Source: an uncultured Chloroflexia bacterium (GTDB lineage Bacteria > Chloroflexota > Limnocylindria > Limnocylindrales > CSP1-4). From it: DNA of 64,000 nt. The stretch lies in contig CAVRGP010000008.1 in the NCBI GenBank assembly GCA_963720755.1, positions 1 to 64,000 of the forward strand, read 5' to 3'. Both the position numbers and the translations under genes were made by a program. Position 1 is the first letter of the stretch. Each line of letters opens with the position of its first letter. This document shows positions 1 to 10,420 of this stretch, piece after piece. The notes under the pieces are model-generated. The model did no database searches and was not told the origin of the DNA. It saw only the letters and a list, made by a program, of their open reading frames with translations.

Positions 1-154
1 CGGGCATCCAGTCGGTCGCCTCGACCTTCGACCCGGCTGCGACATGGGCTTCGAACAGGGCGAACCGCTCGTCCTGCGGCAGGTCGTCGTTGAAACCGGG
101 ACGGCCCCGCTCCAGCGGACCGAGGATCGGCTCGAGGGCGCGCGGGTCGGTCAT
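1..154 (-). CDS. paaA: 1,2-phenylacetyl-CoA epoxidase subunit A, 5' part (runs off window)
   Basis: ATG at 154 overlaps the TetR stop (ATGA). Translates MTDPRALEPILG...FEAHVAAGSKVEATDWMP, matching the PaaA N-terminal K(I/V)E..DWMP motif. paa context. Confidence 0.8.
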   Translation of the reverse strand, partial: MTDPRALEPILGPLERGRPGFNDDLPQDERFALFEAHVAAGSKVEATDWMP

Positions 155-753
155 CGCTGGGTACCGCCCGCCTGGACCGCTCGCAGACTCAGGTCGGCGT
201 AGGCATCGGCGATCTCCCGAGCGGTCCACCGACCATCCGGTCGGTACCACGACACGAGGCCGTTGAGTGCCGTCAGGATGTACGCCGTCGTGACCGCCGG
301 ATCGACCAGCGCGAACGTGCCCGTCTCCACGCCAGTGGCGATGATCGTTCGGAACCGCTGCTCGTAGGCGTCGCGACGACGGGAGATCTCCTCGCGTCGG
401 TCGGTCTCGAGCGAACGCCATTCGTAGACGAACACACTGGCTCGCTCGATATCGTCGGTCACGACGCCGCAGTGGGCCTGGACCAGGGCGATGAGTTGGA
501 CACCGTGTCCGAACACGAGCCCGCCAGGGTCGGTCGCCTCGACCTGGTCGGCTGCGGTCTCGAAGCGGGATGCCATGCGCTCGATGATGGCCCACAGGAC
601 GTCCTGCTTCGAGGCCACGTGGGCGTACAGGCTGGCGCCCTGGATGTCCAGCGCCTTGGCGATATCACGAACGCTCGTGCCCGAGTACCCGTGTTCGTGG
701 AAGAGGGTGCTGGCAGCGTCTTCGATCTCGCGCCGCCGTCCGGTCTCGACCAT
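151..753 (-). CDS. paaR: TetR-family regulator, PaaR-like
   Basis: N-terminal TetR HTH (GYSGTSVRDIAKALDIQGASLYAH), C-terminal WYRPDG. Sits in the paa operon with a PaaR-type palindrome upstream. Confidence 0.8.
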   Translation of the reverse strand: MVETGRRREIEDAASTLFHEHGYSGTSVRDIAKALDIQGASLYAHVASKQDVLWAIIERMASRFETAADQVEATDPGGLVFGHGVQLIALVQAHCGVVTDDIERASVFVYEWRSLETDRREEISRRRDAYEQRFRTIIATGVETGTFALVDPAVTTAYILTALNGLVSWYRPDGRWTAREIADAYADLSLRAVQAGGTQR

Positions 754-770
754 GCCCGCATGGCCTCCTA

Positions 771-786
771 ACTAACGCTCGTTAGT
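771..786. promoter_or_regulatory. TetR/PaaR operator palindrome ACTAACG-CT-CGTTAGT
   Basis: Perfect 7-bp inverted repeat just upstream of the TetR start. Fits the CNAACGNNCGTTNG PaaR consensus I recall from Thermus. Confidence 0.75.
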
Positions 787-825
787 CTCGCAGACTACGT
801 TGCGTCGTCCCGAGCGTCAAGACCG

Positions 826-1629
826 TCACTCGCCGGTGAACCGCGGTGGCCGCTTCTCGACGAAGGCGGCCAGTCCCTCCGAGTGATCGGCCGTCGAGCC
901 GGAGATCCCCTGCCGGTACGCCTCGTCCTGCAGGGCGGCGTCGAGCGGGACGTCCCAGGATCGGGCCAGGGCATGTTTGGTCTGGGCGAGGGCAACCGGG
1001 GCCTGGGCCGCCAGGCGTGCGGCAACGGACCGGGCGACCGCGCCAAGTTCGTCGGCCGGGACGACCTGGGTGACCAACCCGATCCGCTCGGCTTCGGTCG
1101 CGGTCAGGGTTTCGCCGAGGAGGGCGAGCTCGGCGGCCCGCGACGGCCCGACGAGGCGAGGCAGGAACCACGTCGCACCAGTGTCGGGCACCAGGCCGAT
1201 CCGTCCGAAGGCAAGCGTGAACGTCGCCGTTTCGGCAGCGATGCGGATGTCGCAGGCGAGAGCCAGGGACGCACCGGCCCCGGCGGCCACGCCGTTGATC
1301 GCGCCGACGATCGGCTGGTCGAGGGCTCGCATCGCCAACACGATCGGGTTGTATCGCTCGCGCAGTTCGACGGCCAGTGGGGTCGCATCAGGCGCCAGCC
1401 GCTCCTTGAGATCCTGGCCCGCGCAGAACGCCCGGCCCGCACCGGTCAGGATGACGACGCGGACGGTTCGATCCCGGCCGATGGATCGGAGCGCGGACAG
1501 CAGCTCGGTCTTGAGCGGGATGGTCAGGGCGTTGAGGGCGGTCGGTCGGTCCAGGGTAAGCGTCGCGATCGAATCCGAGACCTCGTACCGCAGCGTCGTG
1601 GGCGTCTCGTCCGAACCGATCCCACCCAT
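826..1629 (-). CDS. paaG: Enoyl-CoA hydratase/isomerase (PaaG-like)
   Basis: Crotonase motifs AFCAGQDL, GVAAGAG, GLVPDTG; paa context. Confidence 0.75.
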   Translation of the reverse strand: MGGIGSDETPTTLRYEVSDSIATLTLDRPTALNALTIPLKTELLSALRSIGRDRTVRVVILTGAGRAFCAGQDLKERLAPDATPLAVELRERYNPIVLAMRALDQPIVGAINGVAAGAGASLALACDIRIAAETATFTLAFGRIGLVPDTGATWFLPRLVGPSRAAELALLGETLTATEAERIGLVTQVVPADELGAVARSVAARLAAQAPVALAQTKHALARSWDVPLDAALQDEAYRQGISGSTADHSEGLAAFVEKRPPRFTGE

Positions 1630-1637
1630 CGAGCTGC

Positions 1638-2429
1638 TCAGACGCCGCCGAACTCGACCAGGCGCCCGTCGACCAGCTCGAACACCCGCCGATCGATCGG
1701 CTCATCCGCGCCACCTGAATGCTCCAGGACGAAGTCGGCGAACAGACTGGCGAAGTCGTCGTCACCGGGTCGGAGCGATCCTGCGGTCAGCAGGTGGCGC
1801 TCCGGCAGACCCACCAGGATCCGGCCGACCGGTCCGAGTTCGGCCACGAGGTGGGCGACCACGTCCGGCAGGAGGATCCGCGCCGCGTCCCAGCCGTTGC
1901 CGGTGTCCGAGCTGATCAGCCGCCGGTCGCCGGATACCTCGTCAGTCCATGGCGCCGTCGCCGACCAGGAAGCCAGGTTCCGCAACGCCGCATCCTGGAT
2001 CTCGGAGGGCTCGACACCCCAGGACAGCAGATGGTCGCCGTTGACGACGATGTCATACGCCCCAGCGTCGATCGTGTACACGACCGGGAGTCCCACTGGC
2101 CCCTCGTCGATGAGCGGTTGGGCGTGACTCTGGGTGGGATGTCCGACGAGCGCCTCTCGGTCGAGCGCCGCGATCTCGAGACCCTGGGTCCCGACCGGGC
2201 GGAACGCCGGATAGAGCAGGGTCCTGGCGTTCGTCCAGTCGTGTTCGGGCGCCTCGGTGAGCGGCGTCGTCGCTGCGGGTGCCGGCGAGTGCCCGCTGAC
2301 GGGTGATTCGGCATCGATCGGAGCGAGATAGTCCGGTGGGCTGTCACGGTACGTGGGCGGCGGCTCGTCGCCGAGGTCTCGCCCTGGGTCCCGGCCGAAA
2401 TCACTCCCGCCGTCAGGATCTCGCTCCAT
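1638..2429 (-). CDS. Hypothetical protein, DUF1444/YtpQ-like C-terminal region
   Basis: GWDAARILLP...LVGLPERHLL resembles the DUF1444 GYDASRIL motif; strong SD (AAGGAGG). Confidence 0.55.
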   Translation of the reverse strand: MERDPDGGSDFGRDPGRDLGDEPPPTYRDSPPDYLAPIDAESPVSGHSPAPAATTPLTEAPEHDWTNARTLLYPAFRPVGTQGLEIAALDREALVGHPTQSHAQPLIDEGPVGLPVVYTIDAGAYDIVVNGDHLLSWGVEPSEIQDAALRNLASWSATAPWTDEVSGDRRLISSDTGNGWDAARILLPDVVAHLVAELGPVGRILVGLPERHLLTAGSLRPGDDDFASLFADFVLEHSGGADEPIDRRVFELVDGRLVEFGGV

Positions 2430-2456
2430 GGCGTCCTCCTTGCTGCGCGCTGGTGA

Positions 2457-3335
2457 TCATCGCCCGGACCATACCGGTGCTCGCTTCTCGGCGAACGCGG
2501 CCATGCCTTCGGATTGATCGTCGGTGTCGAAGAGCCGGAAGAACGCGGCCCGCTCGCGGGCCAGGCCGTCGGCCAGGCTGCCGGCGGCCGCGTCGAGGAT
2601 GGCTGCCTTCGCGGCCCGGACCGCCACGGGTGGCATCGAGGCGATCCGCCCGGCCAACTCCAGCGCGGCATCGACCGTCGCCGCCGCCGGAACGACACTG
2701 GTGACCAGACCATGCGCCTCGGCCTCGGTCGCGCTCATCGTCCGCCCGGTCAGGACCAGCTCCATGGCCTTGGCCTTGCCGATCGCCCGGGTGAGGCGCT
2801 GCGTCCCACCCGCTCCGGGCATGACCCCGATGCGGATCTCGGGCTGGCCGAACGTCGCATCATCGGCAGCCACGATCATGTCGCAGGTCATCGCCAGCTC
2901 ACAGCCACCGCCGAGCGCGAAGCCCCGGACCGCGGCGATGAGCGGCAGGCCGATGGCCGCCAGGCGGTCCCAGCTGTCGAATCGACCTCCGGCTGCCAGC
3001 GACGCCTGCGTCTGGGATGCAAGCTCGCGGATGTCGGCACCGGCCGCGAACGCACGCGTCCCGGCACCCGTGATGACGACCGCACGACAGACCCCACCGG
3101 CATCGAGGGCCTCCAGGGCGGAGGCGAGCTGCTCCAACAGCGCGAAGTCCAAGGCGTTGAGCGCTTCGGGTCGGTCCAGGGTGACGAGCGCGACACCGTC
3201 CAGCGTCATCTGGGGCGCCGCCGACGCGGGCGCAGGTGCCGGGAACGCGACCCGTACCGGGTCCCGGCGAGGCTGGCCGCCGGCAACAGGCGATCCAGTC
3301 ATCGTCGAGTCGTTCGGTTGGGCGGTGTTGGTCAC
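2457..3335 (-). CDS. paaF: Enoyl-CoA hydratase (PaaF-like)
   Basis: AFAAGADI, ALGGGCELA, FGQPEI, PGAGGTQRL motifs. Confidence 0.8.
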   Translation of the reverse strand: MTNTAQPNDSTMTGSPVAGGQPRRDPVRVAFPAPAPASAAPQMTLDGVALVTLDRPEALNALDFALLEQLASALEALDAGGVCRAVVITGAGTRAFAAGADIRELASQTQASLAAGGRFDSWDRLAAIGLPLIAAVRGFALGGGCELAMTCDMIVAADDATFGQPEIRIGVMPGAGGTQRLTRAIGKAKAMELVLTGRTMSATEAEAHGLVTSVVPAAATVDAALELAGRIASMPPVAVRAAKAAILDAAAGSLADGLARERAAFFRLFDTDDQSEGMAAFAEKRAPVWSGR

Positions 3336-3352
3336 GGCGTCCTCGCTGTCGT

Positions 3353-3706
3353 TCAGACAGTATCCACGCCCGGCAAGGCCGCGGTATCGAACTCGGGCAC
3401 GTCCTCGAGGACCAGCAGCGTGGACAGGCCGGGGGCGATCTCGCGCAGGTTGCGACCGGCCGATCGCATGGCGTCGGAGGTCAGGCCGGCATCCAGCGCC
3501 GCTCGGTCGACGAAACGCATCGACGTCGCCAGGATCAGGTCCGTCTCGGCGCCGAGGGCCTCACTGACCCGCTGCACCCGGGTCTCGAGCAGCCCGGGCG
3601 TGGCCGCGATGAGCGGCAAGTGCTCCGCAACGTAGCGGCGTTCGAAGGTGGCCAGGGCGTCGGCTCCGCCATCGGGTCGTCGGAACAGGGCAAGCAGCGT
3701 GGTCAT
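3353..3706 (-). CDS. EthD-family protein
   Basis: FERRYVAEHLPLIAATPGL pattern; EthD proteins are common in paa operons. Confidence 0.75.
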   Translation of the reverse strand: MTTLLALFRRPDGGADALATFERRYVAEHLPLIAATPGLLETRVQRVSEALGAETDLILATSMRFVDRAALDAGLTSDAMRSAGRNLREIAPGLSTLLVLEDVPEFDTAALPGVDTV

Positions 3707-4506
3707 CGGGCGACCTCCGGATGGACGTTGGCCCTGCGGCGGGCGATCGGCTCGGTCGAACGATAGAAGGCTGCGAGCGCCGCGTCGAGTTCCGGGACCG
3801 GGCCGGACACGATGTCATGCCCATGCCCGGGAACGATGAGGAGTCGCCCGTGGCGGACCTGCCGCGCGAGTCCCGCGACCTGAACGACTGGCGCGAACGG
3901 GTCTCGATCGCCGCTCGCGACAAGCGCGGGAGCGTCGATCCGGCGCACGTCGGCCGGCGAGTAGAGCGACTGCGCCGCGACGTCGGCGGCGATGGCCGGC
4001 AACAGCCGACGCCACGCCCCCGCACCCTGGACGGCGTCGTGGCGCTCGCTCAGGCGGCGCGCCCAGTCGGGATCCTCTCGCTCGATCCGCTCCGGGTCCA
4101 GCAGATGCCGGACGACCGATGCTCGCGGTTCGCGGGCCGTCGAGATGCCGGCGACGACCAGCGTCCGGACCCGCTCGGGGGATCGGGCGGCGAACCCGAG
4201 GGCCGTCATGCCCCCCATCGAGAACCCGACCAGGTGGAATGTCGTCAGGCCGAGGCCATCCGCGAACGCCTCGAGATCGTCCACGAGCGACTCCGCCTCG
4301 AACCCGCCGGACGCGACGTCCCACGCGGTCGTCGCATGGCCGCGAGCATCCGGCAGATGCACGGTGAAGGCGGAGTTGAACGACGGCAACAGGTCGGCGA
4401 ATTCGTCGCGTCCCGACATCGTCGCGCCATGGAGCGCGATCAGCGGCGGCCCGGCACCCGCGATGTCGTAGCCGATATCCAGTCCGTTCGCTCGAAGGTG
4501 TCGCAC
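3703..4506 (-). CDS. Alpha/beta hydrolase
   Basis: HG, DARGHA, GFSMGG nucleophile elbow, catalytic D/H. Confidence 0.85.
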   Translation of the reverse strand: MRHLRANGLDIGYDIAGAGPPLIALHGATMSGRDEFADLLPSFNSAFTVHLPDARGHATTAWDVASGGFEAESLVDDLEAFADGLGLTTFHLVGFSMGGMTALGFAARSPERVRTLVVAGISTAREPRASVVRHLLDPERIEREDPDWARRLSERHDAVQGAGAWRRLLPAIAADVAAQSLYSPADVRRIDAPALVASGDRDPFAPVVQVAGLARQVRHGRLLIVPGHGHDIVSGPVPELDAALAAFYRSTEPIARRRANVHPEVAR

Positions 4507-4544
4507 GGTCCGATGCTAGCGCCTGGCGACCGCCCCCGGGATGC

Positions 4545-5090
4545 CTAGCGTTCGGGCTTGCCTTCGATCTCGGCGCTCGCCGAACGCTCGATCCGAAGGT
4601 AGCGGCGGCGGTAATAGAGGAGCGGCATCGGGTGATGATGCTCGTTGGCAAGGGAGTCGACGCGTCCGATGAACAGGTCGTGGTCGCCCGCCGAGAACGT
4701 CTCGACGACGGTGCACTCGATCGTCGCGATCGCCCCATCGAGGAGCGGAAGTCCGGTCTGCCCGGGGCACCAGGCCGCTCCGCAGAACGCGTCCCGCCCG
4801 GGCACGACCGGGGCACCGGCGAAACAATCGGACAGCGCCTGCTGCTCCTCGGACAGGATGTTGACCGCGTATCGACCCGCTCGACGAACGATCGGCGTCA
4901 TGAATCGGCGGCGGTCGAGCGCGATCATCACGAGGGCCGGATCGAGCGACACCGAGCTCAGCGCGTTGACCGTGATCCCGCACGGCTGGTCCCCGTCCAG
5001 CGCGGTCACGACGGTCACGCCGGTCACAAAATGACCCATGACCCGGCGGAACGTCTCGGAGTCGATGATCGCCGTGCTCGAAGTGCTCAC
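4545..5090 (-). CDS. Flavin reductase (HpaC-like)
   Basis: FRRVMGHFVTGVTVVT, SVSLDP, GDHDLFIG motifs. Confidence 0.9.
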   Translation of the reverse strand: MSTSSTAIIDSETFRRVMGHFVTGVTVVTALDGDQPCGITVNALSSVSLDPALVMIALDRRRFMTPIVRRAGRYAVNILSEEQQALSDCFAGAPVVPGRDAFCGAAWCPGQTGLPLLDGAIATIECTVVETFSAGDHDLFIGRVDSLANEHHHPMPLLYYRRRYLRIERSASAEIEGKPER

Positions 5091-5165
5091 CTGCAGAGTC
5101 TAGGTGCCATTGAGCCCGACCGATACCGCGGCCGACAGTCCGGACCAGACCCGTACAATCCGACC

Positions 5166-6566
5166 ATGTCCGACACGATCCGACCCATGACCCGCCTCGA
5201 GCGCGACTCGATGGGCGAGATGGAAGTCCCGACCGATGCGCTGTACGGAGCCTCGACGCAGCGGGCCGTCCTCAACTTCCCGATCTCCGGCCAGGGCATG
5301 CCTCGCCGCTTCCTCCGAGCCCTCGCCCTGATCAAGCTGGCGGCGGCCGAAACCAACGGCGAGCTCGGGCTCCTCGATCCTGATCTGGCCGCGGCGATCG
5401 CGTCGGCGGCCGCGTCGGTGGCGGACGGCGACCACGATGACCAGTTCCCGATCGATATCTACCAGACCGGGTCGGGCACTTCGACGAATACGAACATGAA
5501 CGAGGTGATCGCCCACCTCGCGGCGTCCCGCCTCGGTGACAGCCGGACGGTCCACCCCAATGACCATGTCAATCGGTGCCAGAGCTCGAATGACACCATC
5601 CCGACCGCCCTGCAGCTGTCCGCCGCGGTCGCGCTCGAGGAGGCGCTGCTGCCCGCCCTCGAGCGACTGCGCTCCGCGTTGACCGTCAAGGCCGAGACGT
5701 TCTGGCCTGTCGTCAAGACCGGTCGGACCCACCTCCAGGATGCGACCCCGGTCCGACTAGGGCAGGAGTTCCGCGGCTATGCCGGTCAGCTCGAGCAGGC
5801 GATCCGGCGGGTGCGGGCCGCCCAGGCCGAGCTGCTCGAGGTGCCGCTCGGTGGGACGGCGGTCGGGACGGGCATCAATGCCCATCCCGACTACGCATCG
5901 GGTGCCTGTACCCGGCTCTCGAGACTCACCGGCCTGACCGTCCGCGAGACCGACAACCACTTCCACGCCCAGGCGACGCTCGACGCGGTCATCGCCGCCC
6001 ACGGTGCGATCCGGACGACCGCGCTCGGGCTGTGGAAGATCGCCTCCGACGTCCGGCTGATGGGGATGGGCCCGCGGGCCGGGATCGGGGAGCTGGCGCT
6101 TCCCGAAACCCAGCCGGGTTCCAGCATCATGCCGGGCAAGGTGAACCCGGTCATCGTCGAGAGCCTGACGATGGTCGTGGCCCGGGTGATCGGCAACGAC
6201 GCGACGATCGCGTTCGGCCAGACCGGCAGTTTCCTCGAACTCAACGTGATGCTGCCGGTCACGACGGCGGCGATGCTCGAATCGATCGAGCTGCTCGGGG
6301 CCGCGACCGGCAACTTCAGTGCCCGCTGCATCGAAGGGCTCACCGCGACCGAGCGGGGTCCCCGACTCGTGGAACAGGGGTTGATGCTTGCCACCGCGCT
6401 CGCCCCGTCGATCGGCTACGACGAGGCCGCCAGGCTGGCCAAGGACGCGTTCAAGTCCGGTCGGACGATCCGCGAGTTGGCGATCGAGCGCGGGATGGAC
6501 CCATCCGAGGTCGACCGTCTGATCGATCCGGCCGCGATGACCGAACCGGGTCTCGGCGGCGGCTAG
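5166..6566 (+). CDS. fumC: Class II fumarate hydratase
   Basis: QTGSGTSTN, KTGRTHLQDATP, GSSIMPGKVNP signature. Confidence 0.9.
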   Translation: MSDTIRPMTRLERDSMGEMEVPTDALYGASTQRAVLNFPISGQGMPRRFLRALALIKLAAAETNGELGLLDPDLAAAIASAAASVADGDHDDQFPIDIYQTGSGTSTNTNMNEVIAHLAASRLGDSRTVHPNDHVNRCQSSNDTIPTALQLSAAVALEEALLPALERLRSALTVKAETFWPVVKTGRTHLQDATPVRLGQEFRGYAGQLEQAIRRVRAAQAELLEVPLGGTAVGTGINAHPDYASGACTRLSRLTGLTVRETDNHFHAQATLDAVIAAHGAIRTTALGLWKIASDVRLMGMGPRAGIGELALPETQPGSSIMPGKVNPVIVESLTMVVARVIGNDATIAFGQTGSFLELNVMLPVTTAAMLESIELLGAATGNFSARCIEGLTATERGPRLVEQGLMLATALAPSIGYDEAARLAKDAFKSGRTIRELAIERGMDPSEVDRLIDPAAMTEPGLGGG

Positions 6567-6604
6567 GCCACGTCCACCCGGGCAAGGCGGCTACAATCCG
6601 CCCG

Positions 6605-7387
6605 ATGACCGACACCCGCCTCTGGGATCGCGCCGCGGCAGTGCCCGCCGTCCGGGATGGCCGCCGTCTGCCCGAAGTCTCGGCCCTGACCGAAGATCGG
6701 CCGAGCGTGACAGCCCTGTTCGATTTCATGCGCGATGCGGAGACGCGCTTCGGGTCGCTCCGGCTGCGGATCGTCGAGCGGGCCCAGGGCTCGCGAGGGG
6801 AAGCAGTCACGACGATGGACCTGCTGCTCCTGCATCCGGGTCACGCTCGCGTCACGACGAGTCGCGGCGGATCCGTGGCGGGTGGCGACTACGAGGTTTG
6901 GGTATCGGACGGTGAACTCGTTCGAACGTACTCGGGGGTCCACCGCCTGGGGACCCAGCGACCCGTTCGCAACCGGCCCCGCGGCCTGGCCGATCGTGAC
7001 TTCCCCGGCCCGTCACGGGTCTATGAGCCGGTCACGGCATTGCCGGCCGAGACCCTCGTCGACACATTCGTCCATCCTGCCGGGTATTGCCAGAACGTCC
7101 TCGCCACCGGCCAGTGCTTCATCGGCGGATCCGACGTCGTCAACGGCCGGGAGGCGGTCCTGCTCGAGTGCGCCCATCCGCGCACCACGCGGTCAACGGC
7201 CGACCGACCGGATTTCCACCTGTCGATCGCCGTCGATCGGGCGACCGGGGTCATCCTCCGCCTCGTGGAGTCGATCGGTGGCGCGGTGACGCGACAGGCC
7301 GACGTCGTGGACCTCATGCCGGATGCGAGGCTCCAGCCGAACGCGTTCGAGCTGGAGTTCCCGACCGGCACGACGATGCTGTACTGA
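6605..7387 (+). CDS. Hypothetical protein, LolA/MucB-like beta-sheet fold, no signal peptide
   Basis: Ordered protein-like ORF; WVSDGELVRTY and IAVDRATGVILRL...FELEFP recall the LolA-like fold. Confidence 0.55.
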   Translation: MTDTRLWDRAAAVPAVRDGRRLPEVSALTEDRPSVTALFDFMRDAETRFGSLRLRIVERAQGSRGEAVTTMDLLLLHPGHARVTTSRGGSVAGGDYEVWVSDGELVRTYSGVHRLGTQRPVRNRPRGLADRDFPGPSRVYEPVTALPAETLVDTFVHPAGYCQNVLATGQCFIGGSDVVNGREAVLLECAHPRTTRSTADRPDFHLSIAVDRATGVILRLVESIGGAVTRQADVVDLMPDARLQPNAFELEFPTGTTMLY

Positions 7388-7398
7388 GGACTCGACCG

Positions 7399-8808
7399 AT
7401 GCCCGACCACGATGGCGATGGTTCCGGGGCACGGCACCCGCGTCTGATCGAACTCGAGGAGATGGTCCGCGACGGTCAGATCGACACGATCGTCGTCGCT
7501 TTCGCCGACATGCAGGGCCGCCTGCTCGGCAAGCGGGTCCAGGGTCAGGCATTCCTCGACGGCGTCATCGACCACGGCGCCCACTTCTGCACGTACCTGC
7601 TCGGCACGGACATGGAGATGAGCACTCCGGACGGGTTCACCCTGATGAACTGGGAGACCGGATACGGGGATTGGGTCGCCGCGCCCATCTGGGACCAGCT
7701 CCGCATCCTGCCGTGGCTCCCAGGGACCGCGATGGTCCTCGCCGATGTCGTGGACGAGGAGACCGGCCTCGAGATCCCGGTCGCCCCGCGGACGATCCTC
7801 AAGCGCCAGGTGGAGCGCGCCGCGGCCGCGGGCTTTGAACTGAAGGCCGGCTCCGAATTCGAGTTCTACGTGCTCAAGGATTCCTGGGAAGAGCTCGCCG
7901 AGCGTGGCCACCCCGTTCCCCGGAGCTTCGGCCACTACAACGAGGATTACCACCTGCTTCAGGCCACCAAGGCCGAGCCCCTGTATCGGCTGCTCCGTAA
8001 CCAGATGACCGCCGCGGACGTACCGATCGAGTTCAGCAAGGGAGAAGCCGCCAGCGGTCAGCACGAGGTCAACATCCGCTACGACCATGTCCTCACGTCA
8101 GCCGATCGGAGCGTGGTGTTCAAGCACGGGGCCAAGGAGATCGCCTACCTCAATGGCTGGGGCATCACCTTCATGGCCAAGCCGGACCACCACTGGACCG
8201 GTTCGTCCGGCCACCTGCACATGAGTCTGTGGGACATCGCCACCGACCGGCCGCTGATGGCCGCAGCCGACGGCGAGCCGGCGGGTCCGTACGGCCTGTC
8301 CGAGGTCGGCCAGCAGTTCATGGCGGGGATGATGCACCTGTCGCGCGAACTGGCCATCTTCATCGCCCCGTTCATCAACTCGTACAAGCGTTACGCCTCA
8401 CTGTCGTGGGCGCCGGTCAATGTCGTCTGGGGCAGGGACAACCGGACGACCGGCTTCCGCCTGGTCGGTCGCGGCCCGGCGCTGCACGTCGAGGACCGAT
8501 TCCCCGGCGGAGACATGAACGCCTACCTGACCTACGCCGCGATGATGGGCGCCGGGCTGTACGGCATCGAGCACGGGCTGACCCTCGACGCCGAGTTCAA
8601 GGGGAACGGCTACCTGGCCAAGGGCGTCAGCCGGATGCCGCGGGCGCTGTACGAAGCGATCGCGGAACTGGAACGGTCCGAGGCCGCGGTCGAGATCCTC
8701 GGCCAGGATGTCGTCGACCATTACCTCAATGCCGCACGGGTCGAGCAGGCGACCTTCGACGCGGTCGTCCATCCGTGGGAACGCGAGCGCTACCTGGAGC
8801 GCGGCTAG
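7399..8808 (+). CDS. Glutamine synthetase-like gamma-glutamyl-amine ligase (GlnA4/PuuA-like)
   Basis: DMQGRLLGKR, EFEFY, GQHEVN, TFMAKP, GSSGHLH, WGRDNRT motifs. Confidence 0.9.
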   Translation: MPDHDGDGSGARHPRLIELEEMVRDGQIDTIVVAFADMQGRLLGKRVQGQAFLDGVIDHGAHFCTYLLGTDMEMSTPDGFTLMNWETGYGDWVAAPIWDQLRILPWLPGTAMVLADVVDEETGLEIPVAPRTILKRQVERAAAAGFELKAGSEFEFYVLKDSWEELAERGHPVPRSFGHYNEDYHLLQATKAEPLYRLLRNQMTAADVPIEFSKGEAASGQHEVNIRYDHVLTSADRSVVFKHGAKEIAYLNGWGITFMAKPDHHWTGSSGHLHMSLWDIATDRPLMAAADGEPAGPYGLSEVGQQFMAGMMHLSRELAIFIAPFINSYKRYASLSWAPVNVVWGRDNRTTGFRLVGRGPALHVEDRFPGGDMNAYLTYAAMMGAGLYGIEHGLTLDAEFKGNGYLAKGVSRMPRALYEAIAELERSEAAVEILGQDVVDHYLNAARVEQATFDAVVHPWERERYLERG

Positions 8809-8817
8809 CCGGATCGG

Positions 8818-9483
8818 TCAGGCTGACCCGACCTCGCGAAGGCGACGTGCGACGTCGACATGCCCGGCCGCTTCGGCGATGTCACCGGGCGTCGCGCCGG
8901 CGTCGGTCAGCGCGGTCGGATCGGCGCCGGCCGACAGGAACAGCTCGACCAGTTCCGTGTCGCCGTGCTGGGCGGCCGCGTGGAGCGGCGTGGATCCGTG
9001 CTGCTGGGTCCCATTGACATCGGCGCCCGAGGCGATCAACAGCCGGCAGACCTCATGGCTCCGACTCGCGGCTGCGCTGTGGAGGGGCTGGACCCGCATC
9101 TCATTGGTGGAGTAGACGTCGACCCCGGCACCGGCCGCGATGAGCGCACGGGCCGCCTCCGTCTTGCCGAAGAACGCCGCGAGATGCAACGCCGTGAACC
9201 CATCGCTGGAATAGGCCTTGGCCTGCCAGGGGTCGTCGAGCCGTTCGCGGAGACGGTCGAGATAGCCAAGGGCGGTCGCCTCGAAGACGTCGAGGTCCGG
9301 ATCGGCGGCGAGCAGCGCATCGGTCACCGCCCGGTCGGACCGATACCTGGCGAGCATCAGCGCCGAGACGCCATCCCGGTTTCGAGCCGAGGCAAGGGAG
9401 GGATCCGCGGCGACGAGTTCGGCGACCCGGGCCGCATCGTCGGCGGTCACGGCTTCGATCAGCTCAGCATCCGACGATCCCAT
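8818..9483 (-). CDS. Ankyrin repeat protein
   Basis: Repeats GFTALHLAA, QPLHSAA, GSTPLHAAA. Confidence 0.9.
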   Translation of the reverse strand: MGSSDAELIEAVTADDAARVAELVAADPSLASARNRDGVSALMLARYRSDRAVTDALLAADPDLDVFEATALGYLDRLRERLDDPWQAKAYSSDGFTALHLAAFFGKTEAARALIAAGAGVDVYSTNEMRVQPLHSAAASRSHEVCRLLIASGADVNGTQQHGSTPLHAAAQHGDTELVELFLSAGADPTALTDAGATPGDIAEAAGHVDVARRLREVGSA

Positions 9484-9612
9484 GGCCTCGCTCCTGCCTG
9501 ACGCCCGACATCGTACCCGGCTGCGCGATCGCCGATCGGACATGGTGGGATGCCCGGCGCCCCGGTGGGCTGGGCGGTACTCTGACCACGACCACCACGA
9601 AAGAGGAGTGCG

Positions 9613-10380
9613 ATGCGGCTCGAAGGCAAGGTTGCGATCATCACGGGAGGCGGCAGCGGGATGGGCCGGGTGGCGGCCCAGCTGTTCGCGGCGCAGGGGG
9701 CCCAGGTCGTGGTCGCTGAATACAGCGAACCTGCCGGGTCCGAGACGGTCGACCTCGTCCGGGCGGCCGGCGGCGAAGCCACGCTCGTCCGCGCGGACGT
9801 CTCGCAGGAGGCCGAGGCCAAGGCGATGGTTGATCACGCGGTCGCCACGTACGGGCGCCTCGACTGCCTCTACAACAACGCCGGGATCATGCCCGAGGCG
9901 GATCACTCCGTCGTCGACACGGACGTCACGACCTGGGATTCGGTCATGGCCGTCAACGTGCGGGGCGTCTACCTTGGCTGCAAGTACGCGATCCCGGCGA
10001 TGATCGCCGGCGGTGGCGGCTCGATCATCAACATCGCGAGTTTCGTCGCGATCGTCGGATGCAGCGTCCCACAGGATGCCTACACGGCGTCCAAGGGGGC
10101 TGTCCTGTCCCTCACCCGCAGCCTGGCCGTCCAGTTCGGACCGCAGGGTGTTCGCACCAATGCGATCTGCCCGGGGCCCGTCGAGACGCCACTCCTCATG
10201 GATTGGTTGCTGAAGGACGAGGCGGCCAAGCAGCTGCGCCTCGCCCGCAACCCGACCGGCCGATTCGGAAAGCCCGAAGAGATCGTCCAGATGGCGATCT
10301 ACCTGGCCTCGGACGAATCGCGCTGGACCAACGGCGCCTCGCTCGTGGTCGACGGCGGGATCAGCGTGAACTACTTCTGA
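9613..10380 (+). CDS. Short-chain dehydrogenase/reductase
   Basis: [17 protein letters not shown] motifs. Confidence 0.92.
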   Translation: MRLEGKVAIITGGGSGMGRVAAQLFAAQGAQVVVAEYSEPAGSETVDLVRAAGGEATLVRADVSQEAEAKAMVDHAVATYGRLDCLYNNAGIMPEADHSVVDTDVTTWDSVMAVNVRGVYLGCKYAIPAMIAGGGGSIINIASFVAIVGCSVPQDAYTASKGAVLSLTRSLAVQFGPQGVRTNAICPGPVETPLLMDWLLKDEAAKQLRLARNPTGRFGKPEEIVQMAIYLASDESRWTNGASLVVDGGISVNYF

Positions 10381-10420
10381 TCGGGACGAGGAGGGATCGA
10401 TGACGGAGGGAGCGTCCGAG

